Positions 9,025 through 18,920 of a stretch of 64,000 bases of DNA are shown here, piece after piece. The DNA comes from Candidatus Iainarchaeum sp. (GTDB lineage Archaea > B1Sed10-29 > WALL01), in the NCBI GenBank assembly GCA_023129115.1, contig JAGMCR010000003.1:32001-96000 (forward strand), read 5' to 3'. The position numbers and the translations under genes were made by a program. Each line of letters opens with the position of its first letter. Position 1 is the first letter of the stretch. The notes beneath the pieces were generated by a model. The model had not been told where the DNA came from and did not search any database. It saw only the letters and a program-made list of their open reading frames with translations.

Positions 9025-9579
9025 ATGTGGATTATATTAGGGGCAATACTGCTTGTGCTGGTCGTGGCGGCGATAGCGCTCGTCATGATGTACAACTCGT
9101 TCATCTCGCTCAAGACCCAGATGGAGAACTCGCTGGCGCAGATTGACGTGCAGACCAAGAGGCGGTTCGACCTCGTGCCGAACCTGGTCGAGACCGTTAA
9201 GGGCTACGCCAAGCACGAGAAAAGCACGCTCACTGAAGTGACCAAGGCTCGCGCGGCAATCAGCAAGGCCGGCTCTCCCGGCGAAAAGATGGCTGCGGAG
9301 AACCTGCTGTCCGGCGCGCTCAAGACACTGTTCGCGGTCAGCGAGAACTACCCCAAGCTCCTGGCCAACCAAAACTTTTTGATGCTCCAGGAAGAGCTTG
9401 CCGGGATTGAGGGCAAGATTGCGTACGCGAGGCAGTTCTACAACGACGCGATAATGCGGTGGAACAAGAAAGTGCAGTCGTTCCCAAGCAACGTAATCGC
9501 CGGCGTGTTCGGCTTCAAGGCGCAAGAGCATCTTGAGGCAACTGCCGCGGAGCGCAAGGCAGTCAAAGTGAAGTTCTGA
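9025..9579 (+). CDS. lemA: LemA family protein
   Basis: N-terminal TM, RRFDLVPNLVETVKGYAKHE, ENYPKL, ARQFYND. Confidence 0.95.
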   Translation: MWIILGAILLVLVVAAIALVMMYNSFISLKTQMENSLAQIDVQTKRRFDLVPNLVETVKGYAKHEKSTLTEVTKARAAISKAGSPGEKMAAENLLSGALKTLFAVSENYPKLLANQNFLMLQEELAGIEGKIAYARQFYNDAIMRWNKKVQSFPSNVIAGVFGFKAQEHLEATAAERKAVKVKF

Positions 9580-10493
9580 TGCCGCAGGAATACTACGACG
9601 CGATTGCTGCGAACCGGCGCAGCACGTTCTTCCTGTTCGGGGCCTTCCTAGTCCTGATAATTGTTGTTGGCTTCTTTTTCGGGATGTGGATTGGCTCCGA
9701 GCTGGCCGGCATGGTAATTACTTTCTTCCTCGCAGTGGTCTGGGGGCTGGTCAGCTGGTTCGCGGGGGACAAGATTGTGCTTGGGGTGAGCGGCGCGAGG
9801 AAAGTCGAGAAGCGTGAGTACCCGCACTTGTTCCACACGATTGAGGGCCTGGCAATCGCGGCCGGCGTGCCGACGCCCGAGGCGTACGTGATTGACGACG
9901 CCTCGCCGAACGCGTTCGCGACGGGGCGCGACCCGCAGCACGCCAAGATTGCCGTTACGACCGGGCTGCTGAAGATGATGAACCGGCAGGAGCTCGAGGG
10001 CGTTGTCGCGCACGAGATGAGCCACGTCAAGAACTATGACATCAGGACCATGATGGTTGCTGCGGTCTTGGTGGGGATTGTTGCGCTGATTGGGAACGTG
10101 TTTATCCGCATGATGTTCTACAGCGGGAAAAGCCGGGACCGGGAGGGCGGGAACGCGGCGCTGATGGCGATTGGGTTTTTGTTTATTCTCGCCTCGCCTG
10201 TGGTCGCGCAATTGATAAAGATGGCTATTTCGCGGAAAAGGGAGTTCATGGCGGACGCGAGCGCGGTGGAATTGACGCGGAACCCGGACGGCTTGAGGAT
10301 GGCGCTGAAGAAACTGGCTGCGGACCACACCCCGCTGAAGAGGGCGAACGGCGCCACTGCCCATTTGTACATCGAGGATCCGATGGACAAGGAGAAAAAG
10401 GGCTTCTTCAAGTCGCTTGGGGGAATGTTTTCGACGCACCCGCCGATAGGGGAGAGGATTAGCCGGCTGGCTGAGTACGGGATGATTGGGTAG
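9579..10493 (+). CDS. htpX: Zinc metalloprotease HtpX (M48)
   Basis: PNAFATG, HEMSH, SRKREFMAD, FSTHPP. Confidence 0.95.
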   Translation: MPQEYYDAIAANRRSTFFLFGAFLVLIIVVGFFFGMWIGSELAGMVITFFLAVVWGLVSWFAGDKIVLGVSGARKVEKREYPHLFHTIEGLAIAAGVPTPEAYVIDDASPNAFATGRDPQHAKIAVTTGLLKMMNRQELEGVVAHEMSHVKNYDIRTMMVAAVLVGIVALIGNVFIRMMFYSGKSRDREGGNAALMAIGFLFILASPVVAQLIKMAISRKREFMADASAVELTRNPDGLRMALKKLAADHTPLKRANGATAHLYIEDPMDKEKKGFFKSLGGMFSTHPPIGERISRLAEYGMIG

Positions 10494-10997
10494 TTACTCA
10501 AGCCCCTTGTGCATCCCGGAGTACGCCTCGTCAACAGAGTTGTTCAGGCGGATGAACATTATTTGTGCGACGCGCGCGTTTTGCTTGAAGCGGAGGCCGT
10601 GCGGGTTCTGGACCACGAGGGAGAACTCGCTCTTGCCGTGGAAGCCCGCGTCCCAGAACCCGTGCACAGTGAACGCGCCCATTCGCAAAAGCGAGGAGCG
10701 CGTCTGGGCGAACGCAATTACGTCGTCCGGCAGGTTGACGTACTCGTTCGTCTTTACTTTGTAGATTCCCGGCTCGAGAAGCGCCCACATGTCCTCAAAG
10801 ACAACTGGCTCTGTCTCTGGAAAAACGCGCTCCTTGTTCGAGAAGTCCAAGCTGCCCGCGCCCTTGAACTTGAATAGCTCGTGGCCGGTGAGGTCAAAGC
10901 CGTTGGGCTGGAGCTGGTGCTTCAGGGAGATGTAGTCCTTCACAAGAGGGGGGTCGTTCTTTATCAATTTCTTCAGTTCGGAGTCATGTAGAATCAT
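10494..10997 (-). CDS. dUTPase / dCTP deaminase family protein
   Basis: QLQPNGFDL, RSSLLRMG, WDAGFHG, RVAQI. Confidence 0.9.
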   Translation of the reverse strand: MILHDSELKKLIKNDPPLVKDYISLKHQLQPNGFDLTGHELFKFKGAGSLDFSNKERVFPETEPVVFEDMWALLEPGIYKVKTNEYVNLPDDVIAFAQTRSSLLRMGAFTVHGFWDAGFHGKSEFSLVVQNPHGLRFKQNARVAQIMFIRLNNSVDEAYSGMHKGLE

Positions 10998-11164
10998 GCT
11001 CTAACACCTCGAGCGAAGCGAGTATTTTTTCCCCAGGGTTTTTGCCTCCTGGCAAATCCCAAAGGATTGCCGGGGAAGAGCGAAGCGAAGGGAAAAAGGC
11101 TGTTCTTCACCAGAGGTGGGTCACCCTCGATTAGTTTCTTTAGCTCTGCGTCGTGTAAGATCAT

Positions 11165-11407
11165 TCAATCACCTCGAGCACAGTCTTGTACTACGCGAAC
11201 ACCATCAAACTGCTTTGTTATCTTTGGCACCATGTGGAAAGGCCCGTTCAAGTCGATGCCCGCCCCACGCAATTTGTTAAGCCCTTCGCGGGTTAAGAGC
11301 TGTGGCAAACTCTTTAGCACGTCCTGCTTATTGTTTTTGTGGAAGAGCCTTAACCCCTCGCCAGTAAAGTGGCTTCTTTGCAGGTCAACTGTAATTTCTT
11401 CTGTCAT
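11165..11407 (-). CDS. Hypothetical protein
   Basis: 80-aa ORF in line with the flanking minus-strand genes; no recognised motif. Confidence 0.45.
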   Translation of the reverse strand: MTEEITVDLQRSHFTGEGLRLFHKNNKQDVLKSLPQLLTREGLNKLRGAGIDLNGPFHMVPKITKQFDGVRVVQDCARGD

Positions 11408-11484
11408 CTATGTTTTCAACTCCTTGATTGTCTTTCAACTGTAATTTCTTCTGTCATCTATGCCTTCAGCTCCTTGATTGTCTT
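11385..11484. repeat. Tandem 50-bp duplication (2 copies, 3 mismatches)
   Basis: 11385-11434 versus 11435-11484: TCAACTGTAATTTCTTCTGTCATCTATG..CTCCTTGATTGTCTT. Confidence 0.92.
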
Positions 11485-12360
11485 GGCGAGGCCTTTCTCC
11501 AGCTTGTACTTGGGCTTGTAGCCGATGGACTGGGCTTTGGTTATGTCTACGACGCGGTTTCGGAGGAGGCGGTCGATGCTCGAGGGCAGCATGGTGACAT
11601 TGGACTCGCCGGGCGTCACCTTTGAGCGCGCGAGATAGGCGAGGGAAGCGGCTTTCGCAGCGATGGGGTTGACTTGGTCGGACGGGAAGCGCTTGTGCAT
11701 CAGCTTGCAGATGAGCTTGTAAGTGTCGCGGTACGACAGAACGTCCGGGCCCGCAAGGTTATAGATTTGGTTGCGGGCGTCGGGCTTGAGGCAGAGCAAA
11801 AGGAAGTCGATTACGTCGTCGATGTAGACCAAATGGAAAGAATTCTCGCCGCGGCCAATCATTGGGTAGTTGTTCTCCGCGGCCTTCAGGATTTGCCCCC
11901 AGAAGCGGTTCGGGCCGTAAATGATGGTAGAGCGGACGATTGTGTAGGGGATTTGGTGCTTGAGCCGGTAGTCCATTACAATGCGCTCGGCCTCTTCCTT
12001 GGACTTCTCGTACTTTGTTTTTGGGGCGTACGGGTCGTCCTCTCGCGCTGGGGAGCGGGTCTCGCCGAGCACGCCAATCGGGCCGAGGAGTATAAAGCGC
12101 TCCAAGTCCCTGCGCTTGCAGAGGTCGAGCAGGTTGCGCGTGCCCTCCACGTTCAGCTTCCAGAGTTGCCTGGACTCGTCCAGTTCGGCCGCCAGGTGGT
12201 ATACTACTTCGAAGCGCTTCGAGCGGATGCGGGAGAGGCCGTCCTCTGTCAACAGGTTTGCCTCGCTGCCGAAGCCTATTACGGTGTGGCCCTTCTTTTT
12301 GAGCGCTTGCACGAGGCGCTTCCCCACGAAGCCAGTCGCGCCCGTGACGAGGATTCGCAT
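11458..12360 (-). CDS. NAD-dependent epimerase/dehydratase (extended SDR)
   Basis: MRILVTGATGFVG, HLAA, NVEGT, YxxxK (YEKSK), IYGP. Confidence 0.93.
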   Translation of the reverse strand: MRILVTGATGFVGKRLVQALKKKGHTVIGFGSEANLLTEDGLSRIRSKRFEVVYHLAAELDESRQLWKLNVEGTRNLLDLCKRRDLERFILLGPIGVLGETRSPAREDDPYAPKTKYEKSKEEAERIVMDYRLKHQIPYTIVRSTIIYGPNRFWGQILKAAENNYPMIGRGENSFHLVYIDDVIDFLLLCLKPDARNQIYNLAGPDVLSYRDTYKLICKLMHKRFPSDQVNPIAAKAASLAYLARSKVTPGESNVTMLPSSIDRLLRNRVVDITKAQSIGYKPKYKLEKGLAKTIKELKA

Positions 12361-12405
12361 GCGGGATAAATAACCCCCTCTATATATAAAAAAGTCCCCA
12401 CTTAA

Positions 12406-13191
12406 ATGTCCACGGAGTTGAGGCAAATGAAAATGGGGAAGGTAGAGAAGTACATCTACGACCACAAGAAGCGCGGTGAGCCGATGCTTTTTATACTCAT
12501 CGACCCCTGCGACCACCCCTCGCCAGAAGACGCTGCAAAGGCGGCAAAGGCAGCCGAGGACGGGGGCTCGCAGCTCATACTGGTCGGCGGCTCAATCGGC
12601 GCGCAGGGCTCGCTCATGGACGAGACCACCCGGCTGATTAAGGAGGCGGTCAGCGTGCCCGTCAACATATTCCCGGGAAACAACGCCTCGATAACCAGGC
12701 ACGCCGACTCAATCTACTTTTATTCGCTCCTGAACTCGAGGAATGCGTACTGGACCACCATGGCCCAGACCACAGGCGCCCCGGTGATAAAGCGGATGGG
12801 GATTGAGCCCCTCCCAACGGGCTATATAGTGGTCGCGCCGGGCGGCACAGTGGGCTGGGTCGCGGACGTCAACTTGGTGCCGCGCAACAGGCCGGGGATT
12901 GCGGCTGCGCTTGCCATGGCCGGGGAGTACATGGGCAACCGCTTGCTGCTCACGGACGCCGGGTCTGCCCCGGAAGAGGGGCACATGCCGCTTGAGATGA
13001 TAAAGGCTGTGAGGCAGGCCATCAGCATTCCGTACATTGTTGGCGGCGGGGTGAGCACGCCAGAGCAGGCCAAGAAAGTAGTCAAGGCGGGCGCCGACGC
13101 CATCCAGGTCGGCACCGCCATCGAAAACAACCAGAAGGTAAGGGACACGGCAAAGAAAATGCTCAGGGCGATGAAGGAAGGAAAGAAATGA
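12406..13191 (+). CDS. Geranylgeranylglyceryl phosphate synthase (GGGPS/PcrB family)
   Basis: LIDP, LVGGS, FPGN, SLLNSRN, PTGYI, DAGS, VGGG, VGT. Confidence 0.93.
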   Translation: MSTELRQMKMGKVEKYIYDHKKRGEPMLFILIDPCDHPSPEDAAKAAKAAEDGGSQLILVGGSIGAQGSLMDETTRLIKEAVSVPVNIFPGNNASITRHADSIYFYSLLNSRNAYWTTMAQTTGAPVIKRMGIEPLPTGYIVVAPGGTVGWVADVNLVPRNRPGIAAALAMAGEYMGNRLLLTDAGSAPEEGHMPLEMIKAVRQAISIPYIVGGGVSTPEQAKKVVKAGADAIQVGTAIENNQKVRDTAKKMLRAMKEGKK

Positions 13192-14447
13192 ACGGGGTTT
13201 TCCTGACCTGGGAATTCATCGAGAAGATAGCTGTCGCCCTCGCCATAGGCGCGCTGCTTGGGATGGAGAGGGAGTACACCAAGAAGCAAGTAGTTGTGGG
13301 CCTGCGGACTTTCGCGCTCATCTCGCTGCTTGGGGCGCTGTTCGTGGAGTTCGCGGAATTGACCGGGGACGGGCTGCAGATTGTGCTCGGCTTCGTCGCC
13401 GTGATGCTGTTGGTCGCGGTGCTCTATGCCTCTAACCTGTTCAAGTTCAAGGCGGTTGGCATGACCACGAGCATAGCGCTGCTGATGAGCTATGTGCTCG
13501 GGGTGTTCGTCGCCTACGGGAGGGTCACGGAAGCAGTATTCGTGGCAATCGCGACCGCGATAGTGATGTTCGCCAAGGACTGGATGCACAAGTTCGTGCG
13601 GGAGCTCTCGAGCAGGGAGGTGCTGGACTTTCTTGAGTTCCTCATCCTGGTGGGCATAATCTATCCGCTGGTGCCCCAGGAGCCAATCGTGCTCTACAGC
13701 GTCGTTATTAACATCATGGACATCTGGCTCCTTGTGTTCATGCTGGCGCTGATTAACTTTGCCGGCTTCGTGGGCTCGAGGTACATAAGTGGGAAGGAGC
13801 AGATGGAGCTCATGAGCCTGCTCGGCGGCCTCGTGAGCAGCACTGCAGTGCTTTACTCAATGACGCAGGCCTATGCCAAGAACAAGGAGAAGGAAGTCAT
13901 CCTGTCGTCCTCTTATATGTTTATAAACGCCTCGATGTTCTTCAGAAACCTCGTCATCCTCGCCGTGCTTCTCCCGGCGAGCGTAGATTACCTGGCGCCC
14001 CCAATCATCGCGAGCTCGCTTTTCCTGATAGCTGCCGGCTACTGGACGGGCAGGGGCAAGGCGAAAGCCATGAAAATCTCGCTTAGTAGCCCCTTCCAGG
14101 TAAAAAAAGCCGCGTCGCTCGTGGTCAAGCTGGCGGTTGTTTTGGTGGCACTTGAAGTTGTGATAGTATATCTTCCGGATATATTTTATATAGCCACGTT
14201 TTTCGGCGGGATTACTAGCTCGGCTTCTACCATGGCTTCTTTCCCTGTGCTGGTTGAAACAGGGCGTATAACGGTTCGCATGGCGGTTATCGGGGCCAGT
14301 ATAGCCGTGCTTGGCGACTTATTGGTGGGAAATATTATTGTTTATTACCTTGGGGGCGCTTGGGAGTCCGCAAAGCGCGCATTGCCCTGGGGGCTCGCCG
14401 CGACGGCGATTTACGGCGTGATACTTGCTTTATTGGTGGGGATTTAG
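13188..14447 (+). CDS. MgtC/SapB family + DUF4010 membrane protein
   Basis: IGALLGMERE, GLRTF, GMTT, GGLVSSTA; many TM segments. Confidence 0.88.
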   Translation: MNGVFLTWEFIEKIAVALAIGALLGMEREYTKKQVVVGLRTFALISLLGALFVEFAELTGDGLQIVLGFVAVMLLVAVLYASNLFKFKAVGMTTSIALLMSYVLGVFVAYGRVTEAVFVAIATAIVMFAKDWMHKFVRELSSREVLDFLEFLILVGIIYPLVPQEPIVLYSVVINIMDIWLLVFMLALINFAGFVGSRYISGKEQMELMSLLGGLVSSTAVLYSMTQAYAKNKEKEVILSSSYMFINASMFFRNLVILAVLLPASVDYLAPPIIASSLFLIAAGYWTGRGKAKAMKISLSSPFQVKKAASLVVKLAVVLVALEVVIVYLPDIFYIATFFGGITSSASTMASFPVLVETGRITVRMAVIGASIAVLGDLLVGNIIVYYLGGAWESAKRALPWGLAATAIYGVILALLVGI

Positions 14448-15584
14448 ATGAAGGCAACAGTTATAGTGGGATGCCAATTCGGGGATGAAGCGAAGGGCAA
14501 GATGGTTGATTACTTCGCGGGTGGAGTAGACGCGGTCGCCCGGTTCCAGGGCGGCAACAACGCGGGGCACACAGTTATTGTCGAGGGGAAGAAGTACGTG
14601 CTGCACTTTATCCCGTCCGGGGTTGTGCGCGGGCTGAAGTGTGTGCTCGGCAATGGAATGGTGATAGAGCCGAGGAAGCTCTTGGAAGAAATAGAGATGC
14701 TCCGCGGGCTTGGCATCGAGCCCGACTTATTGATTGACCAGAAGGCGCACGTCATCACCCAGGAAGAGCTCGACAAGGACGCGAAGGACAGCAAAATCGG
14801 GACCACGAAGAAGGGCATCGGCCCGTGCTACGAGGACAAGGCGGCGAGGACGGGCATCCGCGTGATGGACCTGCTCGACAAGGGCATGGTCAGTGATGAT
14901 TATTACGGGGCGGGGCAGAAGCTCAAGCAGTACATTGGCGACGCGTCGCTCGCGCTGTTTGGGATGAAGAAAGTCCTAATCGAGGGCGCGCAGGGCACGA
15001 TGCTTGACATTGACCACGGGACTTACCCGTTCGTGACGAGCAGCCACACAGTCGCCGGGAGCGCTTGCTCCGGGCTGGGGATTGGCCCCGGGACAATAGA
15101 AAAAGTTGTTGGGATTACCAAGGCGTATACCACGAGGGTCGGCAACGGGCCGTTCCCCACCGAGCTCGAGGGCGCGGACGGTGAAAAGCTGCGGGAAAAG
15201 GGCAAGGAGTTCGGCGCCACGACCGGGCGGCCAAGGCGCTGCGGGTGGTTTGACGCGCTGATAGTCAAGTACGCGATGAGAATCAACGGCATCAATGAAT
15301 TAGTGCTGACCAAGCTCGACGTGCTTGACGGCTTCGACAAAGTGAAGGTTTGCGTTGCGTACGAAAAGGACGGCGAGAGGGTTGAGGACCTGCCGCCGAA
15401 CCTTGACGGGTGGAAGCCTGTTTACGATGAGCTGCCCGGCTGGGAGAACAGCAAGGTCGCGTCGTACGAAGAGCTGCCGAAAGAGGCGAGGGGCTACATA
15501 GAAAAAATCGAGTCGCTTGTTGGGGTAAAAATAACAATGCTTAGCACCGGGCCGGCGAGGGACGAAGTGCTCAAGAGGCCTTGA
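14448..15584 (+). CDS. purA: Adenylosuccinate synthetase
   Basis: QFGDEAKGK, GGNNAGHT, GTTKKGIGP, EGAQG, TTGRPRRCGW, TKLD. Confidence 0.97.
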   Translation: MKATVIVGCQFGDEAKGKMVDYFAGGVDAVARFQGGNNAGHTVIVEGKKYVLHFIPSGVVRGLKCVLGNGMVIEPRKLLEEIEMLRGLGIEPDLLIDQKAHVITQEELDKDAKDSKIGTTKKGIGPCYEDKAARTGIRVMDLLDKGMVSDDYYGAGQKLKQYIGDASLALFGMKKVLIEGAQGTMLDIDHGTYPFVTSSHTVAGSACSGLGIGPGTIEKVVGITKAYTTRVGNGPFPTELEGADGEKLREKGKEFGATTGRPRRCGWFDALIVKYAMRINGINELVLTKLDVLDGFDKVKVCVAYEKDGERVEDLPPNLDGWKPVYDELPGWENSKVASYEELPKEARGYIEKIESLVGVKITMLSTGPARDEVLKRP

Positions 15585-16158
15585 GCTTTCCGTCGCGCGC
15601 TTTTTTCAGTATTTCGACGAAGCCCTTTACCTCGAGTGCCTGGACTTTTTGCTTGAGCGAGTCCGCGGTGTCATCAGGGGCGATGGGGATGGACTCCTGC
15701 CACGCGATTTCGCCCGTGTCCGCGCCCTCGTCAACGAAGTGGATGGTCGCGCCGGTCTCTTTTTCGCCGGCGTCGAGGACTGCCTGGTGGACGTTCAGGT
15801 CCATCCCACCCGCGAACTTCGGGAGCAAAGATGGGTGGACGTTCAGGCACTTGCCCCACCACTTGTGTACAAACCACGGGGACAAAAAGCGCATGTAGCC
15901 GATGAGGAGGACAAGTTCTGCGCCCGCTTCCACGAGCGCGTTGTGGACGCGCCTGTCATAGTCCTCTCGCGAGAGCGTGCCCGGGCCGATGAAGTACGCG
16001 GGGATGCTTCTTTCGCGGGCGAGGTCAAGTATAGCGGCATTTTTCTTGTTCGAGATTACGACGGATATTTCGATTCCGCTCAACTCGCCGCTGTCGATTG
16101 CGGCAAAGATTCCGGCGAGGTCAGTGCCGCGCGTCGAGCCGAGGACGCCGACTTTCAT
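15571..16158 (-). CDS. purN: Phosphoribosylglycinamide formyltransferase (folate-dependent)
   Basis: STRGTD, GYMR, NVHPSLLPKF, GATIHFVDEGADTG. Confidence 0.95.
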   Translation of the reverse strand: MKVGVLGSTRGTDLAGIFAAIDSGELSGIEISVVISNKKNAAILDLARERSIPAYFIGPGTLSREDYDRRVHNALVEAGAELVLLIGYMRFLSPWFVHKWWGKCLNVHPSLLPKFAGGMDLNVHQAVLDAGEKETGATIHFVDEGADTGEIAWQESIPIAPDDTADSLKQKVQALEVKGFVEILKKARDGKLKAS

Positions 16159-16622
16159 TTGTTTGCCCCCAACCAATTTTTTAACCTTTGAATGAAACCA
16201 ACATCCTCCAACCACCGGCTCTCCACTTTCCCACTCTTTGAGGTTTGCCCGTTCTTCAAAGTGATTACCCCAACAGCCTCATAAACTCGCCACTGCGTTC
16301 CATTCTGGCCGGCGTCTCTTTTATCAGTTCGTGTTATTTGAAGTTTAGCCACCTTGACTTCTGCTATGTCCCTATTCACTTTCTTTAGTTGCTCAGCTAG
16401 GAACTCATTGTAGAATGCTATGCTTTTTTTGACCCCCATACCCCCCACCCTACTCGGGCTTATGGTTTTCTTCATGAGGTCTATTTCGGCGTTGTCCACC
16501 CCGCACCACGCCATTTCTGATGCCAACTCTTCCATGACATAATTGTGGTTCTTCACATCGTAATTCATGAGGCTCGTGAAGCTATCCGCCACGTTATGAG
16601 CTACACCTTTGAGTTTGCTCAT
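16155..16622 (-). CDS. Hypothetical protein between folD and purN
   Basis: 155-aa ORF with ATGA overlaps at both ends; AT-richer than its neighbours. Confidence 0.7.
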   Translation of the reverse strand: MSKLKGVAHNVADSFTSLMNYDVKNHNYVMEELASEMAWCGVDNAEIDLMKKTISPSRVGGMGVKKSIAFYNEFLAEQLKKVNRDIAEVKVAKLQITRTDKRDAGQNGTQWRVYEAVGVITLKNGQTSKSGKVESRWLEDVGFIQRLKNWLGANK

Positions 16623-17458
16623 TTCCTTCTCTCCTTCGCCGCCTCGAGCGTGTTGCGCATCAGGGAGGCAACGGTCATCGGGCCCACGCCGCCGGGGACT
16701 GGCGAGATTGCGGACGCTTTTTCTTTTACCGCGTCGAAGTCAACGTCGCCGCACAATCCGGAGTCTGTGCGGTTGATGCCTACGTCGATGACGACGGCGT
16801 CTTCTTTCACCATGTCGGCGGTTATTAGTTTTGGCTTGCCGGCGGCGGCGATGAGCAAGTCGGCCTGCCTTGTTTCTTCGGGCAAGTTTTTTGTTTTCGA
16901 ATGGCACACAGTTACTGTACAATTTCTTTGCAAGAGCATAATTGCGAGCGGCTTGCCGACTATGTTCGAGCGGCCGACGACAACTGCTTTGGCGCCATTG
17001 TAATTGAAGTTGATTGAGTCGAGCATGGCGATGACTCCTGTCGGCGTGGAGGGGGTGAGGCCCGGCTGCCCGGAAAGGAGGAGGCCCATGTTGACGGGGT
17101 GGAAGCCGTCGACGTCTTTCGCCGGGTCGATGGCTTTGATTACTGCGCTTTCGGCGATTTGTTTTGGGAGTGGGAGCTGGACGAGCACGCCGTCGACTGC
17201 GGGGTCGGCGTTTAGTTTGGAGACGAGGGAGAGCAGTTCTTCTTGCGTTGTTGTGTCCGGCAAAGAGTGCTTGACAGACTCTATGCCAACTTTTTCGCAC
17301 GCAATGTTCTTCATCTTGACGTAGACTTTTGACGCCGGGTTTTCCCCGACAAGGACTACGTCGAGCCGCGGCTTGAACCCCAGTGAAGAGATTTCTCCGG
17401 CGACTTTGTCCTTCAGCCCTGCGGCCAAGGCTTTTCCATCTATAATTGAAGCAGGCAA
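16619..17458 (-). CDS. folD: Bifunctional methylene-THF dehydrogenase/cyclohydrolase
   Basis: IIDGK, YxxxK, VQLPLP, KDVDGFHP, GRSNIVGKP, PVPGGVGPMT; TTG start with a GGTGA RBS. Confidence 0.96.
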   Translation of the reverse strand: MPASIIDGKALAAGLKDKVAGEISSLGFKPRLDVVLVGENPASKVYVKMKNIACEKVGIESVKHSLPDTTTQEELLSLVSKLNADPAVDGVLVQLPLPKQIAESAVIKAIDPAKDVDGFHPVNMGLLLSGQPGLTPSTPTGVIAMLDSINFNYNGAKAVVVGRSNIVGKPLAIMLLQRNCTVTVCHSKTKNLPEETRQADLLIAAAGKPKLITADMVKEDAVVIDVGINRTDSGLCGDVDFDAVKEKASAISPVPGGVGPMTVASLMRNTLEAAKERRK

Positions 17459-17552
17459 GCAATCACCCCGATGTATTATAAAGAAAGAAAGAGTTATAAA
17501 AAGCGTTGGGTGTAGGTCGATTGGGCTACTCCCTGATTTTGAGGCAACCGTT

Positions 17553-18920
17553 ATGTGTGGGATAGTCGCCTTAAGCAACGGAGATGTTGCGCACAAGCTG
17601 TATTATGGACTGTACTCAATACAGCACCGGGGCCAGGACTCTTGTGGCATAGCCACTTATGACCCGTCGAACCACCGGTTCCGGATGAAGAAGAAGCCTG
17701 GGCTTGTCCCCAATGTCTTCAGCAAGCAGGCGCTCGAAAACCTTTACGGGGAGATGGGGATAGGGCACGTGCGGTACCCGACAATCGGCAGTGACTTCGA
17801 GCGGGACGCACAGCCGTTCCTCTACGAGAACGAGATGGCGCTGGCGCACAACGGCAACATCGCGAATTACATGGAGATAGTCAAGGGGCTTGACATAAGG
17901 CCTGGCTCGATGTGCGACAGCGAGGCGCTAATGAACCTGCTGTTGCAGGAGATGAAGGCGAACGGGGGATTGCTTCCCGGCGTCGAGTCAGTAATGAACA
18001 AGCTCAACGGCTCTTATTCGGTCGTGGCGCTCGTTCCGGGCGAGGGCCTCGTGATTTTCCGTGACCCGCACGCCATCCGGCCGCTCGTCCTGAGCAAGTA
18101 CGGCGCCGCGTCCGAGAGCGTGGCGCTCGACATAATGGGCGAGGAAGTCGTAGACGACGTGGGCCCGGGCGAGTGCATTACGATAAAGGACGGCAAGATG
18201 GAGAGGAAGACGCTTGTTGAAAAGGAGCCAAGGCACTGCATGTTCGAGTGGGTGTACTTCAGCAGGCCGGACTCGACCATACAGAAGAAGCCTGTCTACG
18301 ACGTCAGGCTGCGGCTTGGGGAAGAGCTGGCGAAGCAGTGGGACAAGGACGTCGACGTCGTGATTCCTGTGCCTGACACCTCACGCGCGACCGCGCTGAA
18401 GTTCGCGAGGGAGATTGGCGCCCCGTACCGCGAGGGGCTGATAAAGAACAGGTATGTTTGGCGGACGTTCATAATGCCCCAGCAGGAGCTGCGCGAAGCG
18501 TCGGTCCGCGTGAAGCTCAACCCAATCATCCACGAAATCAAGGGCAAAAGGGTCGCTGTCGTCGACGACAGCATAGTGCGCGGGACCACGAGCCGCAAGA
18601 TAGTGAAGCTCCTGAGGGACGCTGGCGCGAAGGAAGTGCATTTTGTGGTTGCTTGCCCGCCCATCAAGTGGCCGTGCTTCTACGGCATTGACATGACCAA
18701 AAAGGCTGAGCTCGCCGCCGCGGGGTACGATGACGTGGAGAAGCAGATGGCGAAGCACATAGGCGCGGACTCGGTCACTTACCTTGGGATAGAGGGGCTG
18801 CGCAAGGCAATCGGCCTCAAGGGGCTGTGCACCGCGTGCCTCGACGGCGACTACCCGACTGATGTTTCAAAGCTTTTGGCCATGCAGGGCGAGGAAAGGC
18901 CCTACGAGGTGGATGAATGA
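17553..18920 (+). CDS. purF: Amidophosphoribosyltransferase
   Basis: N-terminal MCGI, QHRGQD, GHVRY, HNGN, VVDDSIVRGTT, Fe-S cysteines (CTAC). Confidence 0.97.
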   Translation: MCGIVALSNGDVAHKLYYGLYSIQHRGQDSCGIATYDPSNHRFRMKKKPGLVPNVFSKQALENLYGEMGIGHVRYPTIGSDFERDAQPFLYENEMALAHNGNIANYMEIVKGLDIRPGSMCDSEALMNLLLQEMKANGGLLPGVESVMNKLNGSYSVVALVPGEGLVIFRDPHAIRPLVLSKYGAASESVALDIMGEEVVDDVGPGECITIKDGKMERKTLVEKEPRHCMFEWVYFSRPDSTIQKKPVYDVRLRLGEELAKQWDKDVDVVIPVPDTSRATALKFAREIGAPYREGLIKNRYVWRTFIMPQQELREASVRVKLNPIIHEIKGKRVAVVDDSIVRGTTSRKIVKLLRDAGAKEVHFVVACPPIKWPCFYGIDMTKKAELAAAGYDDVEKQMAKHIGADSVTYLGIEGLRKAIGLKGLCTACLDGDYPTDVSKLLAMQGEERPYEVDE

